Shown piece after piece: positions 10,124-24,000 of a stretch of DNA of 64,000 nucleotides. Origin of the DNA: Saccostrea cucullata (taxonomy: Eukaryota); contig NW_026939106.1 in NCBI RefSeq assembly GCF_032062105.1, forward strand, positions 62,001 to 126,000. Direction: 5' to 3'. Position numbers and translations under genes: made by a program. The notes under the pieces are model-generated. The model was not told the DNA's origin. It worked only from the letters and a program-made list of their open reading frames with translations, and did not search any database. Every line of letters begins with the position of its first letter. Position 1 is the first letter of the stretch.

Positions 10124-12530
10124 TTTTTATGATGTTTAAGATTTATAATGGAAGAGTAATATAAATTGGTTTGGAATATTGTCCACCCAAGACGCCAGTT
10201 GCATGAAAATCTGTATTACGTATTGTAGTTTTATGTTTCCAGAAAATCATATGTAAGAAATTTTATACATCTTATGCCTTTTTTGGTAGTAAGATATTCT
10301 TGCAAGCCTGCACACTTGAGTTATATATTACAACGAAAACAGACTTTTTTCTGATTTATTGGGTATTATTTTCTTCACAACTGATATATTACACAGAAAA
10401 CATCCCTTATTTAGTGTCATTGTAGAACTTGAAATGCTAGTATCATTGATAAATTCTTTTGACCTTTCAAACGTAAAATCTGCACTCTTCTATCTCTTTA
10501 ATTACTATAATTATTTGAGAACAGATGAATGGTTTTATATCACTAAGCATATTATCCTACTTCTTCAATCTCGTCTGCTGTCGCCGGATCTGTCTGTCGT
10601 CTGCTCAGTGTCTCATCCGGGGCTCTGTCCTCGTTATGAGTCTGACACACAGTAGATACATTGTTCAAACGGATTGAGAAATAAAACGACCACCTGTATC
10701 GAAGACTCAGTATTTTTTGGGTAAATAAAATACTGTCTGAATGAAAAACATGATCAGGTATGAGTCATAAGGGAGATTTACAGCTTTTTCAATTAATGAA
10801 TGAGAAGATTTGGCGAATGAGCCTTTCAAAATGGGTATTGAATTAAATGTTATTCTAAACCTGATATCAATAACCCAAATCATTTCATCGTTGATACTTT
10901 TAAATAGGTGTTATGTGAAAGAAATCTCTCCTTTATAAGGCAAACGGAAAAGGATCAAGGGTAGGATCTCTTATATAAGAAATAGATTACCACCATTTAT
11001 GTGTTTCCCGTTCTTGTTTGTTTTGTTTACGAAACTAATTAGTGACCGTAACGTGATTTCGTACTCTGATCTTAGGAAAGAACAGATCATGTTGGCGCCA
11101 GAAGATTTTTTTTAAAACCATGTTCCATTTTCTTCAGATTAATACAGTAACTTTGAAATAATGTTGCCTGAGCATAATTAAATACCAACAACATTGTATG
11201 TCACTTTTCAACACTATACAGTGTCAAAAGCATACACATTAAGTCGAACATCACACACTTTAAGAAAACGAATCTATCTCAAATTTATGCAGAAAGTCTA
11301 ATTTATCTTCATTATGCAAATATAGGTAAAAATTCTTCAAAGGAAATAATTACCACAGTGATCCATTTATAATTGCAGCTTAGTCGCAAAATCTTCTCAA
11401 CGATCTTAATTTAGGACAACTGTATCAAGAGAAACTGAGACAAAGTACGCAGTTTATATATACTTTATGAACTGCATCTTCTTCCTGAATTGGTCCTGGC
11501 ATAATTTGTTTTAAAATCGCACCCTTTATGTATCCCCAAAGTTCCAAGAATGGACAAACAAATATTTAACCCCTCTTTCCTAAGCAAGATGATTATATAC
11601 ATGTATATGTACATATATTAAGGTCCTACATAATGTTAAGTTTTGTCATAACAAAGAAGTTACCTTGAATTAGTATAATAATATACGGATTAGGGGACAT
11701 ACCTGTAGTAATTTACCCCCATCCACATGTCAAAGAAAAAAAATCATTGAGTTTCATATTCCATCAAGGATTAGGAACAATCACCTTACATAACAAACAA
11801 TTTGACAATTGTTTCGGAATATAAGGTTCGGCATATGCTGGTTGTACATCATCTCTCTTAGGGTAGGGCACACTTGTCACTTTTAATTGAACAACCGCAA
11901 AACAACGGAAGAATCATTTCAGATAAGCTTTGAATCTCAAATACATCTTTAGACATGAATATTTAATCGGCAACTTTCTGGACTTCCCGTCGCTTTTTGT
12001 ATGTAGATTTGGTAAATATCAGAGAGAGATCTTGCTCTTTTTAATGAAACGTTTACGTAATTTCAAAACATCAATTGAAATAGGGCTGTGTGCCACCATG
12101 ATTTTGGTCGATTGCGGGAGGGGTGAGGGGATCAGGGTCAGTGTCGTGCACACTGAACCCTCCAGATGTGCAGAAGGGGATTTTATTTTGTGTGATCATT
12201 CTGATTTTATCTGGCGAGCTCTTTATTAAATGTGACTCATACTTGACACACGCCATCATATCATTACGGATTATGAGCTTTTTAAACTGCATGCATGATT
12301 TATATTTTGACGCGGTAATTATCCGTTATGTTTTACCTTTGTGAATATGGTGTTCGCATTTTTCTGACAGAACTATGTCAGGTCCAAAACACTAAAAGAA
12401 GATGACTAAATCAAGCAGTTAGCCAACATGTAATGTATTTAATTACTGTATAAATAGTCATAAATATTAATTTGTTGACGAACATACATTGTATTTAATG
12501 GATTAATGGAATTTTCAAAAGTAGGCAATT

Positions 12531-12744
12531 GAGGCCCCCAGTAGGTCCAGGGCAAAGACCTGGTGGGGGCCCAGGGGGGCTTCGCCCCGGAAGCTCCTGG
12601 ATTCTAGAGATTTTGTAGGGTAAAAATGAGGTCTACCAAAGAGAAATATTTACATTTTCTAGACGAAACTGTGATTTACGCTAACTTTGACAATTTTAGG
12701 GGGGCGCGCGCCGGGTGCGCCCCCCCCCCTTAAATCCGCCACTG
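12531..12744. mobile_element. Truncated GC-rich MITE ending TCCGCCACTG (hAT-like terminus)
   Basis: GC island related in inverse orientation to 39283-39535 (CCAGGGCAAAG, GCGCCGGG..GCGCCCCC motifs); only one terminus found. Confidence 0.55.
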
Positions 12745-13775
12745 GCCGATTTTCAAGATTCAGTCACTGGTAGTCATTTTGCATCCATCTCCAATACATG
12801 GGTCCAGAATCCACACGTGGTAGTGGGATGGCTATGTTTAGATTCAGGACCCCTGACGTTTTGAGATTGTTTTGCACTCTGAGTCAAAGTTGCACTCGGT
12901 TGATCATGAAATTATAATCCAATTTAGTTTCTATTCATTCGGACTAGTAAGATTAATTAGGACATTTTTCATCAAAAAAAATTTTTTTCTTCAAAATCAC
13001 GCAGTGTTGGTATACTCGTTACTGTCTTTGGTTTCTCAGAATCATTTTCACCATGGCAACCACTGAAATATTAACATTTCAAAATTTGTCATAATCCCGT
13101 TTAATAACCCAGCATTAATATCATGAACATGTAAATGTTCGTGGTGTTTGTTGAAAGGACTAAATGTCCCAGAACGCTTTATTGTGACTCACTGTTTGAT
13201 CGGTTGGTACAACCTTATACTATGTCCTACTTAAATTAGTTAATCATTTTTTACCAAAAGTTTTCAGCAGAGCAACAGAAAGGTCAGGGAACGTGTAAGC
13301 GACCAGATCTATCTTCCCTTGTAAACATTTTGCGAGAAAAGACAAAAAAGTTCTTTGCAACCCCACCCCCACCCCAATGTATTTTTGAACCGCACAGAGT
13401 AAAATTAAACTTTGCCTCCTCTTTTTGAGTACTTGATTTTTAAAACAGGAAAAATCTGGACCCTTTCATAGCTTGAAATTGCTCATTACTTATATAGGAC
13501 TTCTAAAACATATTTTAATATTTTACAGACATTGTTTTTGAAAAATTCAAAATAATTCCCGGTGAGCAGAATTTAAGGCACTGGAGATATATATCAAAAC
13601 TATTGTTGAAGATGTGACAAACTGATATTACATGACTTTGAAACTTTCACCGAATTTGCAGAATCTCCGATCGTTTCCTTTGAAAAGCGGTTCAATTTCC
13701 TAATCATATTCTAGAGCACAGCGATTAAACTTAAATTGAACGTATGAAATTTAACATCAAAGGTTCAATGCTTTA

Positions 13776-14492
13776 AGGTTTCGTCAAATGTAAAAATGTC
13801 CAAAAAATTATTTTCACAATAGCTCCAAAACTATGAGTGGTCAAAACGTTTATAGTTCATAAATATATCATTGATTAATAGATAGAAAGTATCACTTGAT
13901 AACAAACATTTTATAAAAGAAATTTTTTGAGAAAATTTGTATCAGAAAATGTGCATATTTAAAGAAAAATCACCTGCTTTATTCTGTCCTTTTTGTGAAA
14001 ACCATCAATGCAGAAATATTTAAATATATGTTTATCATTTAAGGGCAAGTTGGACGTGAATGGTCTCTGAAAGGCTGTTTTTGAAAGCATGACATGTATG
14101 TATAAAGACAAGACCCCTATAGAATCCGCCATTTGCAATTTACTTTCACTTTCAAGTCTTAACATTTGGACAAAATAAACAGGGAAAACAACTTTCCAGA
14201 GGCTGTCCAAGTCCAACTTGCCCTTCATTGATCAACATATTTTGTTTTTGCAATGATGGTTTTCACTTAGAGAACGGAATTGATTAGGTGTATTTTTTGA
14301 AAATATGTGCATTTTAAAGAAGAATTTTTCTCAAATAATATTTTTTCCAAGCATTTTTTTATCAAGTGATACTTTTTATCTGTTAATCAATGAAAAATTT
14401 ATTAACAATAAAAGTTTTAACTTTATACCTCACATAGTTTTGGGGCTATTGTAAAAATAAATTTATGGGCATGATGATCTTTGACGAAACCT
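13776..14492. mobile_element. ~715-bp fold-back element (possibly Kolobok-like)
   Basis: Arms of ~280 bp in inverted orientation (AGGTTTCGTCAA/TTGACGAAACCT, AAGTATCACTTGATAA/TTATCAAGTGATACTT, AAGGGCAAGTTGGAC/GTCCAACTTGCCCTT); TTAA on the left flank only. Confidence 0.7.
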
Positions 14493-14967
14493 CAGAAACG
14501 ATTCCATGATTATTTTCTTGGAAATGAAGTCAAGACAAAAAAGTCCATCCATCACAATTTTACAGATTTGATTTCAATTCCGATTTCTTGCAGAATTCAA
14601 ACTTCTAATTGTTTTGTTTACGGACGTTTCTTGCGCAAAAATTGCAACGTTTGAGAAAAATGCGTCAAAATATACGCAATAAAACAGTGGGATAGATTGT
14701 ATCAACACATATTTTTTCTCAATGCTTTAGATGTATTCTTGACTTCCGCAAGAGTGTCAATCTGGTTTCCAGAAAAACTAATTTGAAATTCAATTGCAAA
14801 TGTCAAATATTATAACTTTTAGAGACGGTTGCTTTTGATGGGTGTGGGAATAATATTGACAAGAAGGTGGTCCATTAAATAAGTTCATCGCCAAGGTCCT
14901 GAAACTATACAGCTAGATTGTGAGAACGTTTAGTCCAAAATGCTCTAAATTTGTATTCTTCCACATG

Positions 14968-15723
14968 AAAAGAGGCCTAAGGGTCACAGCGCTCACCTGA
15001 GTAACTATGGCCTTGCTGTTATTCAACTGATTCCCCAGGGGCCATGATTTGAATAATTTTAGAATCTACTTTACACAGGGATGTTTCTACTAATTTTTCA
15101 GTTGTTTTGACAAGGTTGTTCTTGAGAAGATTTATAAAGATTTTTCTAAAATATTAATTGTAAAAATTGAATTCTCTTTTGCATATCTGTCCTACCCTTG
15201 GGGGTCATAATTTGAACAATATGGAATGTACACTTGTCTTCCCCAGAATGCTTCCACAAAAGTTTCAGCTTTTCTGACCCATTGGTTCTTAAGAAGATTT
15301 TCCATATATATTTCAATGTAAAACTTGGATGTCCTATTGTGGCCCGCACTTACCGGGGATGGGAGTTAGTATTTGAAAGTGGTCATAATTTGAACAATTT
15401 AAAATCTACAATACCCAAGACTGTTTCCACAGTTTTCTTGCCCAGTGGTTCTTGACAAGAAGATTTTTTTTAAGAATCCACCCTTTTTGTCCTTCCTTGA
15501 TTATCTCCCTTTGGAAGGAGGCTTGAGTCTTCATTTCAATAATTTAAACCACCTTTACATAAGGATGTTTTTGTACCAGTTTTGGTTAAAATTGGTCCAG
15601 TGTCTCTTAAGAAGAAGTTAAAAATGTTTAAAGATTATAGACGGACGGACAGACAGATAGACGAAGGGACGAACAACGGGTAATCAGAAACGCTCTTTTG
15701 AGCTTTCAGCTCAGGTGAGCTAA
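14968..15723 (-). mobile_element. Helentron (HINE) related to 4543-5843, opposite orientation, diverged units
   Basis: AAGAGGCC..GCGCTCACCTGAG at left, (GACG/GACA)n tract and AGCTCAGGTGAGCTAA at right. Confidence 0.8.
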
Positions 15724-18124
15724 AATTGTTAGAGGCTTCAAACATGAAAAACATAAGCAGATTTATAATGCACTGGAATTTCAGTATCAATAATTTTGAA
15801 AGGAAAAAACTTAAGAAAAGATGTATGAAATATCTATACTTCAAACCTATTTTCAGTCCCAATCTCTTTCAAAGAAATTTTCCCCTACAGTAACAATGTA
15901 ATGTTTTGTTAATTAATCCATAACATTAATGTTGATTTATTAGATCATTCAAAAGTAGTTATTTAACATGTATTTGATATTATTTTTCCTTGATCATACC
16001 TCAGGTTTCTTGTCTGCATGTTTAATATATTAAGAGTTAATTAGGGTTTGCTTGCCATTAAATTTCTTGGAAAGCTGTATTAATTTCGAGATTCCTTTCA
16101 GAATTCAAAAGAAAAAAAATCATTTATTTATGATATATGACATGTGGGTTCGATTAAGTGTATTTTTGCATTTTCCCCCTGAAAATCAATGAATAGGAAT
16201 ATTTTTCGGTTAATTGTTGTATAGTTTTTATAATACCGGTAGATGAAACAGAAAAAATCTTTATTAGAGAGTCTTTTTATGTATCAAAAACCGATTGCAC
16301 TCATGTTAAATTGTTATTATTATTTGATGTTTTTGCGATTATTTGATATATATTCGATCGGTTACCACCATGCTGGCATTATCTTTGGTAATCTATTAAT
16401 ACATGTATCTATATGCCTTACCATTTTATTTTGCAGTTCGCTGCAATTGGCTTTGGAAAATAAAATTAAAATCTGAAATTGGCATTTTCGAACTTAATCT
16501 TGAGTTAACTGCAATCTAATCTCAAATGACAAAAAAAAAAAAAAAAAACCATGTAATGAGGGAAGTTGAGTGCTTGGTATATTTGTCATAGTCCATACAC
16601 TGACAAGAACCGGAAGTGAGTAACACCACCGAAAGTACAGGTATACAATTTAGAACCTCAGCATCGTGTTCTCTTATCAGACAACTAAAAGGTCAGAAAT
16701 CTCATGAGTTCAAAGGTTTCTAGATCATTATGTTCTCAGGTGATGAAACAATAATCCGTTTGTTTAAAACAAATATGGTTCGAACATATTTACTTAAAAA
16801 TGAATAGATTGATATAGCTATTAATTAGTACAAATTAATAATATAAAATACGTCTTGTTCTTCGTTTTCGATTTTGCTTGAGAATACATTGTAAGGTTTT
16901 GAACTATACACACGTTACCCTTCTTCCACAGTCTTGCTATTTAAGATAATGCTTCTAAATATTTGACATAATATACATTTTTTGTCTAGGTTTGAAGACA
17001 AAATGCTTTTCCTCGAACTCAAGAACCGAGCTGTTTGACTGAAGCCGTAGGCCAAAGATAATCAGTTTGGTTCGAGAGTTTGGCAAAATGCATAATGCTT
17101 AAGAACACTTCAATTTTATATCATTTGAATTCGATATTTACTGTATCTTGTATCTGACAATTAAGTAAAAAAAAATATGATTATATGTGTTCATACCGAA
17201 TGAATAATAAACTTTACAAATATAGTTCAAAGTTTTCTCGTGGTGTTTTATTGAATCAGCTTGACTTTCCAAATAAATGATTGAATTAACATAAAAACAT
17301 AAAAGTTGGCCAAGGCGCTTTATATTTAAACCAGATTGAAAACGAATTTTAAAAGAAAGACGCAGAACAAACTTTGATCCTCCTTAACAAGGTGATAATA
17401 TCGGAGGAATACATAACAATTACAACATTTAAAGGAATAAAAAATGAACTGAAAACTGAGAAATGACTCACAGCTAATCGCCTTGTGTACTTTAACTTGT
17501 AAACATTCTTACGATTAAATGTGAATGTGTTACTACAATGTTCCGATGTAACACTTTGATAGAATAGAATATATAAATACATTAACCTGCTCATTACGTG
17601 TGTGAATATGTAAGATCAATTTTGGGATCGCACCTAAGCCTAAAATTTACCAATCTTTGAAAATGTTGGCCACTTTGCCCAGTAAACATCTCCACACTAT
17701 AGCCCGGAATTATGGCTATCATTTTTACTGATCCCACACCCGATACTGTAGTTTAATAACTATCTAATATAGATACAACATCTAAATGATCGATCGACTG
17801 ATGTCTACCTATATTTTCTTTCTTCCAAGCCTTTAATGTCGGATAGTTTTGTCCAAGTACTGTTTTAAGTTGTACTTTATCAATTTTGATGTCGAAAGAC
17901 TTTAAATATAGAGAGGGACTCTTTCTGACGATTTAATCAAGTATGATATTCATAAAACTACTATGAAGTAGACAAAATGTGTCCCTCTTAAGTATTGGTT
18001 TGAATGTTCCTTTTTTGAAGGTTACGAAATTTTAAGTCAAACACTCATCATCAACATAATTTAAATTAATGATAGCTTAAAGTTTTTTTTTTTAAAGAAG
18101 TTAAACACCAAAAGTATTGATACA

Positions 18125-19394
18125 TGTACCAAAGGGAAGGTTTTGTCACAAGGAATAAAAACCCTATTTTCAATTTTTCACAAATAGGACAAACTCTAAG
18201 GTTATGGTAAAAAAAGACATAATATTGTAGGACGATTTTCTCCTTAGTTTGGACTTTCAGTAGGGCATGGTATTTTCGGCGCTACATGTACGTAATGGCG
18301 AATACTAGTAGATTCTCATTGGTTAAGAAATTAATAACATCAGGAACTTAAAATTGTTGTTAACAACGATGAGACGACTTATGCCCCACCTCTGTGCCGT
18401 GAGAGAACTTTTAATTGGCTATTTACTACACCAGATGACATTCGGCCGCATTTCTATCATATGTATATTTCAACAGTGAAGGGAAGCTGTGTAAATTTCA
18501 GAAGCTAATTGGGTAACGTCGAGAATGCCACTCCTTACTGAAAGTCCAAACTAAGCGTGTAATGGTCCTATTCTTGTGGAAATATACAAGAATATTAATA
18601 CATTTATAATACGAAAGCCCAGACTCCATTGATTTAATTTTTAAAATGTAAAAAAAAAAATTGTAAAGGTTAGTAAAAATCGAAGGTCAAACCACAAAGA
18701 GTACACTTTTAAAGTATGAAAGCGTGGCATCAATCTTTTAAAAGTCAAGGTTGAAGTCTGGTGAAAAATTTGGCAAAAGTGGGTCAAACTCTAAGGAAGT
18801 GGGTCAAGAAAAAGATTTGGTACCTTGAGAAAGTTTTTGCCACAAGGAATACATCTGTAAAATACATACATTGTATAAAATCCATAGCTACAACTATCCA
18901 AAAAGTAATGGCAAAGTTTAAAAATTTTCAATCTCCAAGGTCAAGGTAATAGGAAGTGAATTGTCTCTTCGCGGAACTGTACATGCATATGCATGTGTAA
19001 CACGAAAGCCCTAACTCAACCCATTGTTTGTCAATGTTGAAGTTTTTCAAGCTAGGTAAAAATCGAAGGTCAAAAGATAAAATTTATTTTTACTCAAGGA
19101 AAGGTTTCATCAAAGAATGCACCTAGTATGAAAGCCTGGCATCAGCGTTCGAAAGTTATAGCCAGGTTAAAGTCTGGTAAATTTGGCTAAAAGTGGTTCA
19201 AACTCCAAGGTCAAGGAGAAACGTTGGTACCTTAAGAGAGTTCATGTCATAAGTAATACACCTTAAATAGAAAAGCCAATCATGTAGGTCCAACCAATCA
19301 AAATCTATGGACAAGGTCAATAATCTTTGCGGACAATCAGACTGATGGAAATAGCAAAGACTGTATAACCCCGAATCTTTGATAAGGGGCATAA
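18125..19394 (-). mobile_element. Degraded Helentron-like array related to 7553-7996, interrupted by a MITE
   Basis: Repeated GGTCAAACTC..AAGGTCAAGG / ACAAGGAATAC units and terminal GGGGCATAA; left boundary approximate. Confidence 0.55.
18228..18570. mobile_element. 343-bp MITE, superfamily unresolved
   Basis: ~55-bp imperfect TIRs containing CTTAGTTTGGACTTTCAGTA / TACTGAAAGTCCAAACTAAG; no clean TSD. Confidence 0.75.
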
Positions 19395-20544
19395 AAATGA
19401 TACAATGAAATGAAGTTCCTGTATATTTTGTTATCGGATTTGACTTTTATCATCATTTAATAGATGTGTTTTCTAACCCTTTGCCAAGTACTCTTGATAG
19501 AAAACGTGTAGATTTAAAAAATATGCATAATTATCCAGATAGAATATTGGGAGATCCAATAATCATACCTTTCAAAAAACATTTTGCCAATGATATTTTA
19601 GAACAAAACATCGTTAATAATGCATTCAAATGAAAAACTTCTAAGAAGATAAAAAAAATTCTCTGATTTTATTATTACCTAGCTTTGGTTCGTCTATCAC
19701 AAGACTCAAATTGGCATAATCCTTGGTCGATTTTGACATATGTAGTACATCAAAGAATTTCACCAAAAAAATAAAAAGTAAACAAATGAGACGTGTTTGC
19801 ATAAGAAAATTTACATTATCTATCACATAAAAAAAATCTAACAGGAAAGGGTAGAGCCTTCAAATTATACAAACCACAAAATACGCACATACATGTCAAT
19901 GAAACATGCTCTGGCATTCATTGAGAAAATGGCCTGAGAATAAAGATAATATCGTAACCTCTACTAATATTGTGCAAACATCGAGCTTGAGTAAACCTAG
20001 AGATATACAGAGCGCTTCACAAAAGATAGATTTAATGCATCGTCTGTTTTTAACCGCAGTTCATTCTGTACAGAATTATTGAATTAAGTTCATTGACAAG
20101 AATATCAGAGCTACATACTTTCTCTTAAAAATCTTCGACGACAGTCAAGGATATTCTATCTAGGGTCCGTCACACAATAGCTTTAAAAATGATATTACTT
20201 ATCTGCCTGTATCTTAATTGCGACTCGAAACTGAGCCCCCTGTGTTCTCGAGGTGTAAAGTTTATACCTATAAGTTTTCTTTATTTCTATATATCATAAA
20301 TGAAAAGTCTACCTGTAATCGTTACCTGTGAAAGCACATAGAGCCCTTAACACACAGGGTTCTGATTTACTTCATTAAACGCATTGCCGTCCTAGTAATT
20401 ATAACACCTGTGAAGGAAATTGATAGATATATACTTAAAAATACGCGCATGTGCTTCGAATTAAAAATGGATTGCTATTAAAACAAACCAGCTACTTTAT
20501 CATATTCTTTAAGGTAAATAAGAGAAGTTCCATTGATACCGAGT

Positions 20545-20700
20545 GGATTGGCCGACTCGCATCCTCATTGGCTGAACCGATTGTGACATAGTGTGCGACA
20601 AACTCAACTGATCTAGGGCGCTTAAGTAGATATATACTCCCCATGCCCGCTCTAGCTACACGTATACCCAGGCTTATTGATATTACCTATATATCTATCA
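20545..20700 (+). promoter_or_regulatory. Putative ADAMTS proximal promoter
   Basis: Two ATTGG (inverted CCAAT) boxes 20 bp apart (20547, 20567) and TATA-like tracts near 20630 and 20690, upstream of ATG 20912. Confidence 0.4.
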
Positions 20701-20911
20701 TCACATGTAGCAGGGATCTGAAGTGTTACAAATTGATTCCGGTGTTCTCAATTCAGTGCTTCACTATGTTTGGATTTGCAGCCGTGAAGATGCTAAGAGT
20801 TGTATTGTTCCATATTTTGTGAAGCAAACTATATTCATTTTTGTCATCAGTTGTCAAAACAGCAAAACGCACGTGCACATGTATTCTGTGCATAAGACTT
20901 GTACAGCAAAC

Positions 20912-21017
20912 ATGGTATTTTGGAAACGTTTATCTACTTTAACCTGGACTGTTATGCTATATCTAGTTCACGGTATATTAGGGACCAGTGATTATGTAAT
21001 CTTAGACCAACATCAGG
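20912..21017 (+). CDS. ADAMTS exon 1 (signal peptide)
   Basis: AAACATGG start; [24 protein letters not shown]..; donor G|GTAAGT, phase 1. Confidence 0.8.
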
Positions 21018-24000
21018 GTAAGTTTTAATGTAAGATCAGGTTTCTCTAGCAAACAGCTTACATAGCAGTTTTGCAAAATGACCCATTTATAAAATAAAAA
21101 AAAATATTACTAAAAATAATGAAATTTAAAAATTTTGAGCCATTTTCAATACGATTTTTCCCCCAAATATCCTTCACATGCTTTCGAAAAATCCCAATTG
21201 CATGTTTTTCAAAAATTTGAAAACAGTCAGAAATAATAACTTTTAGATCTATTGTATTGCACGCAGAAGCTATTAATATTGAAAGGGAAAAAGTGAATAA
21301 GAAAGCATTTTAAAATATTTGCAGTATAAACCAAATTCTAAAACCCATTCAAGATTCGTTTCTTGTACGCGTAACCTATCATTATCTGTATTGGAAAAGG
21401 GATCGTAAATTAACAAATCTGGAGTGCAATGGCGTGTAATAAATACACATAAATGAAAAAAGTCCTTATACATTCGTTTAAACAAGGTATAGAGAGAATT
21501 ATTATTCAATATTGCCAAAAACCTGGCAACCCCATATGATCTGACCTACTTCAAAAAACTTCCCGTGTCTTTGCACCTTGATAATGTCAGTGGTCACGAC
21601 ACTATGTATATTTTCCAGAGGATTACAAAGTTATCAGATGAGAGTGAAACAACCCATACGTTATACGCTTAATGAATTTTTTTTACCACGAAGACTGGCG
21701 AATGAATGTGTCAAAGATTAAGTCTCCGCTCCAGATTTTTTTGGCAGATCGAAAAAAATTAAAGCTTGTCTAAATGACATTTTGTTTAGATTGATAACCG
21801 TTTTGGATAATCTAGCTTTGGAGTCTAGTCTTGTAAAAATCTTTTATATCTGTTCTCCTCGAATGTTGATGTATGGTGCATCTGACGTTTAGGATCTGAT
21901 CCCTCTCAAGTTGATGAACTTTTGGTCAGAAGGCATCTCTTTGGTCACAGTATTGTGTAATTCTTCCCCAGAGATCACACGCATTCTTCAAAAGCATCTA
22001 CGATTTTATGACAATAGATCGGCATGTGATACTGAAAGACTACACACTTCTAATGAAAAACAGAGCAGTCAAATGTCGCCCAGGTCTTGACGTTTGTTTG
22101 CATCTTTTTACAATTCAATGCCTTATCCATGTCTCTAAGGCCTAATATAAATGAACTTTCTTTGTATACTTCAACCTGCATTACCTTAAGTGTTACATAA
22201 TCACACCTGACAGCTAATTTTGAAGATTCTTTTTTAAAGATAAAAACAACTTCTTTTAAAAGAGATAGCTATATTTTGAAGTGCGTAATCAGTGCAAGGT
22301 GAATAGATATAAATTCATGCTGACATGCAAAACACTTGATCTATTTTAAAACGATATAAACATTAAATGAGAATATTATATTTTGCAGACAGGATAATAT
22401 TTTTACCTACTTATTTTTTTCTTTACAGGTAGTTTTATAAACAAATTGGATAATTATGATATAACCATTCCCGTCCGAGTGACAAGCAGAGGTGACGTCA
22501 TCTCACACGAACTGCACCCTCATAAATTACGTCATCGTAGAAATAGTGACCAAATTTCAGACACGATACATTATAAATTAAATGTGAACAACAGTGATTA
22601 TATACTCAAATTAAAACCAAATGTTAAACTATATAATCCATCATTAGTTATTGAAAGAAAGAAAAATATATTCAAGAATGTTACGGATTCTAGTTTTATG
22701 CGCTATACGAACAACAATCAGCTTCCATGTCATTACACAGGAGAAATTATGGACAAAGAAAACAGCAAAGTTGCACTTGCATTGTGCGACGGTTTGGTAA
22801 GTGGCCTATTTTCTCACGAAATTATGTAACTTTATACACATGCTATAAAAATCGAAAGTTTAGCAATACATTTATTACATCTATTCACGACATCCGGAAT
22901 AAGTTCCTAAACCTTTTCGTTTTGCAGCAATGTTGTTTATCAGTGTATTTATATCAGTATGAAGTCATCATTTAAAATATGATTGTTGTAGACATAAAGA
23001 GGTGATTAACGGGGGCTGTATTTGTTTCTGTAAACATAATTATTATCGTCAGTGAGCGAGTAAAACTTTGTTAACTTGCGCGCGTTACAAACGAAGGTAG
23101 GGAGCCCCTCTTCAAAGATTTCCCCCTTCAACGTTACCGGCGATGATTAGTGTAAGGTTATAGGCAGTAACACTGTTAATTGCTGGTCTTTATCATTGTC
23201 TAGTAAATATTCCCAATCACTGAACGGCTCCGATACCTTTATTTTCTTAGAAATAACAAACAGATGTTGCAAAGAACGAGGTGATCGTACACCAAAGAAG
23301 TTTTGGCATTCAAAAAAGTGGCTACCGTGTGCAAGATGCCAATACCTATTTTTCTTGCACTGTTGATAAATACAGAAGGTTTTTTTTGGTATACCCTTTG
23401 ACGTTTTTTATGATCATGAAATAAACTTTTGTCCCGCGTTTAATCTCTAAGAAACCTTCTCACACAAAACTCTGCTAAAAAGAAAGTTCTGACAAATCGC
23501 CGTGGTTCATTTATTAAATTCTTTTTCAAAATTCTTTTAATTGGGATGAGGATAGGAAAAAATATGTGCTTTGAAGACCAGTTGCTCTCTTTAATCCCAA
23601 ATAAATCACTTTAAAAAAAACTCTAAATAGGTCGCAGTCTGACCTACAGGGTAGAATTTCATGGTGTTTTGTTCCCTGTGTGGCACAAAAAAGAAGATCC
23701 CAGTTTTATTTCATTCATAATTTACCAATCTTTTACATATTTACTGTGAGAACATGTTCGAGGGAATATCGTTTAATTGATCTAAGGACCTACAACAAGA
23801 TCGTGTGTGCAGGATCGTTTACATGCCCATTCATACAGAGACGATATTTTTAAAAGGGGTTCCATTGAAAACTTGTAATCACTACCATACCCTTACAATG
23901 ACACATGTATAATCTTTCGGATCGTATGGACTATAACTAATTACGTCTGGAATACTGGCCATATACCTTACGCTCTCCCGATACAAATTTATGAATGAAT

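Noticed and set aside
10560-10757. GC-richer stretch ending in CAG|GTATGA as a distal non-coding ADAMTS exon
   Set aside because: No transcript evidence, and a plausible proximal promoter already exists near 20550-20700.
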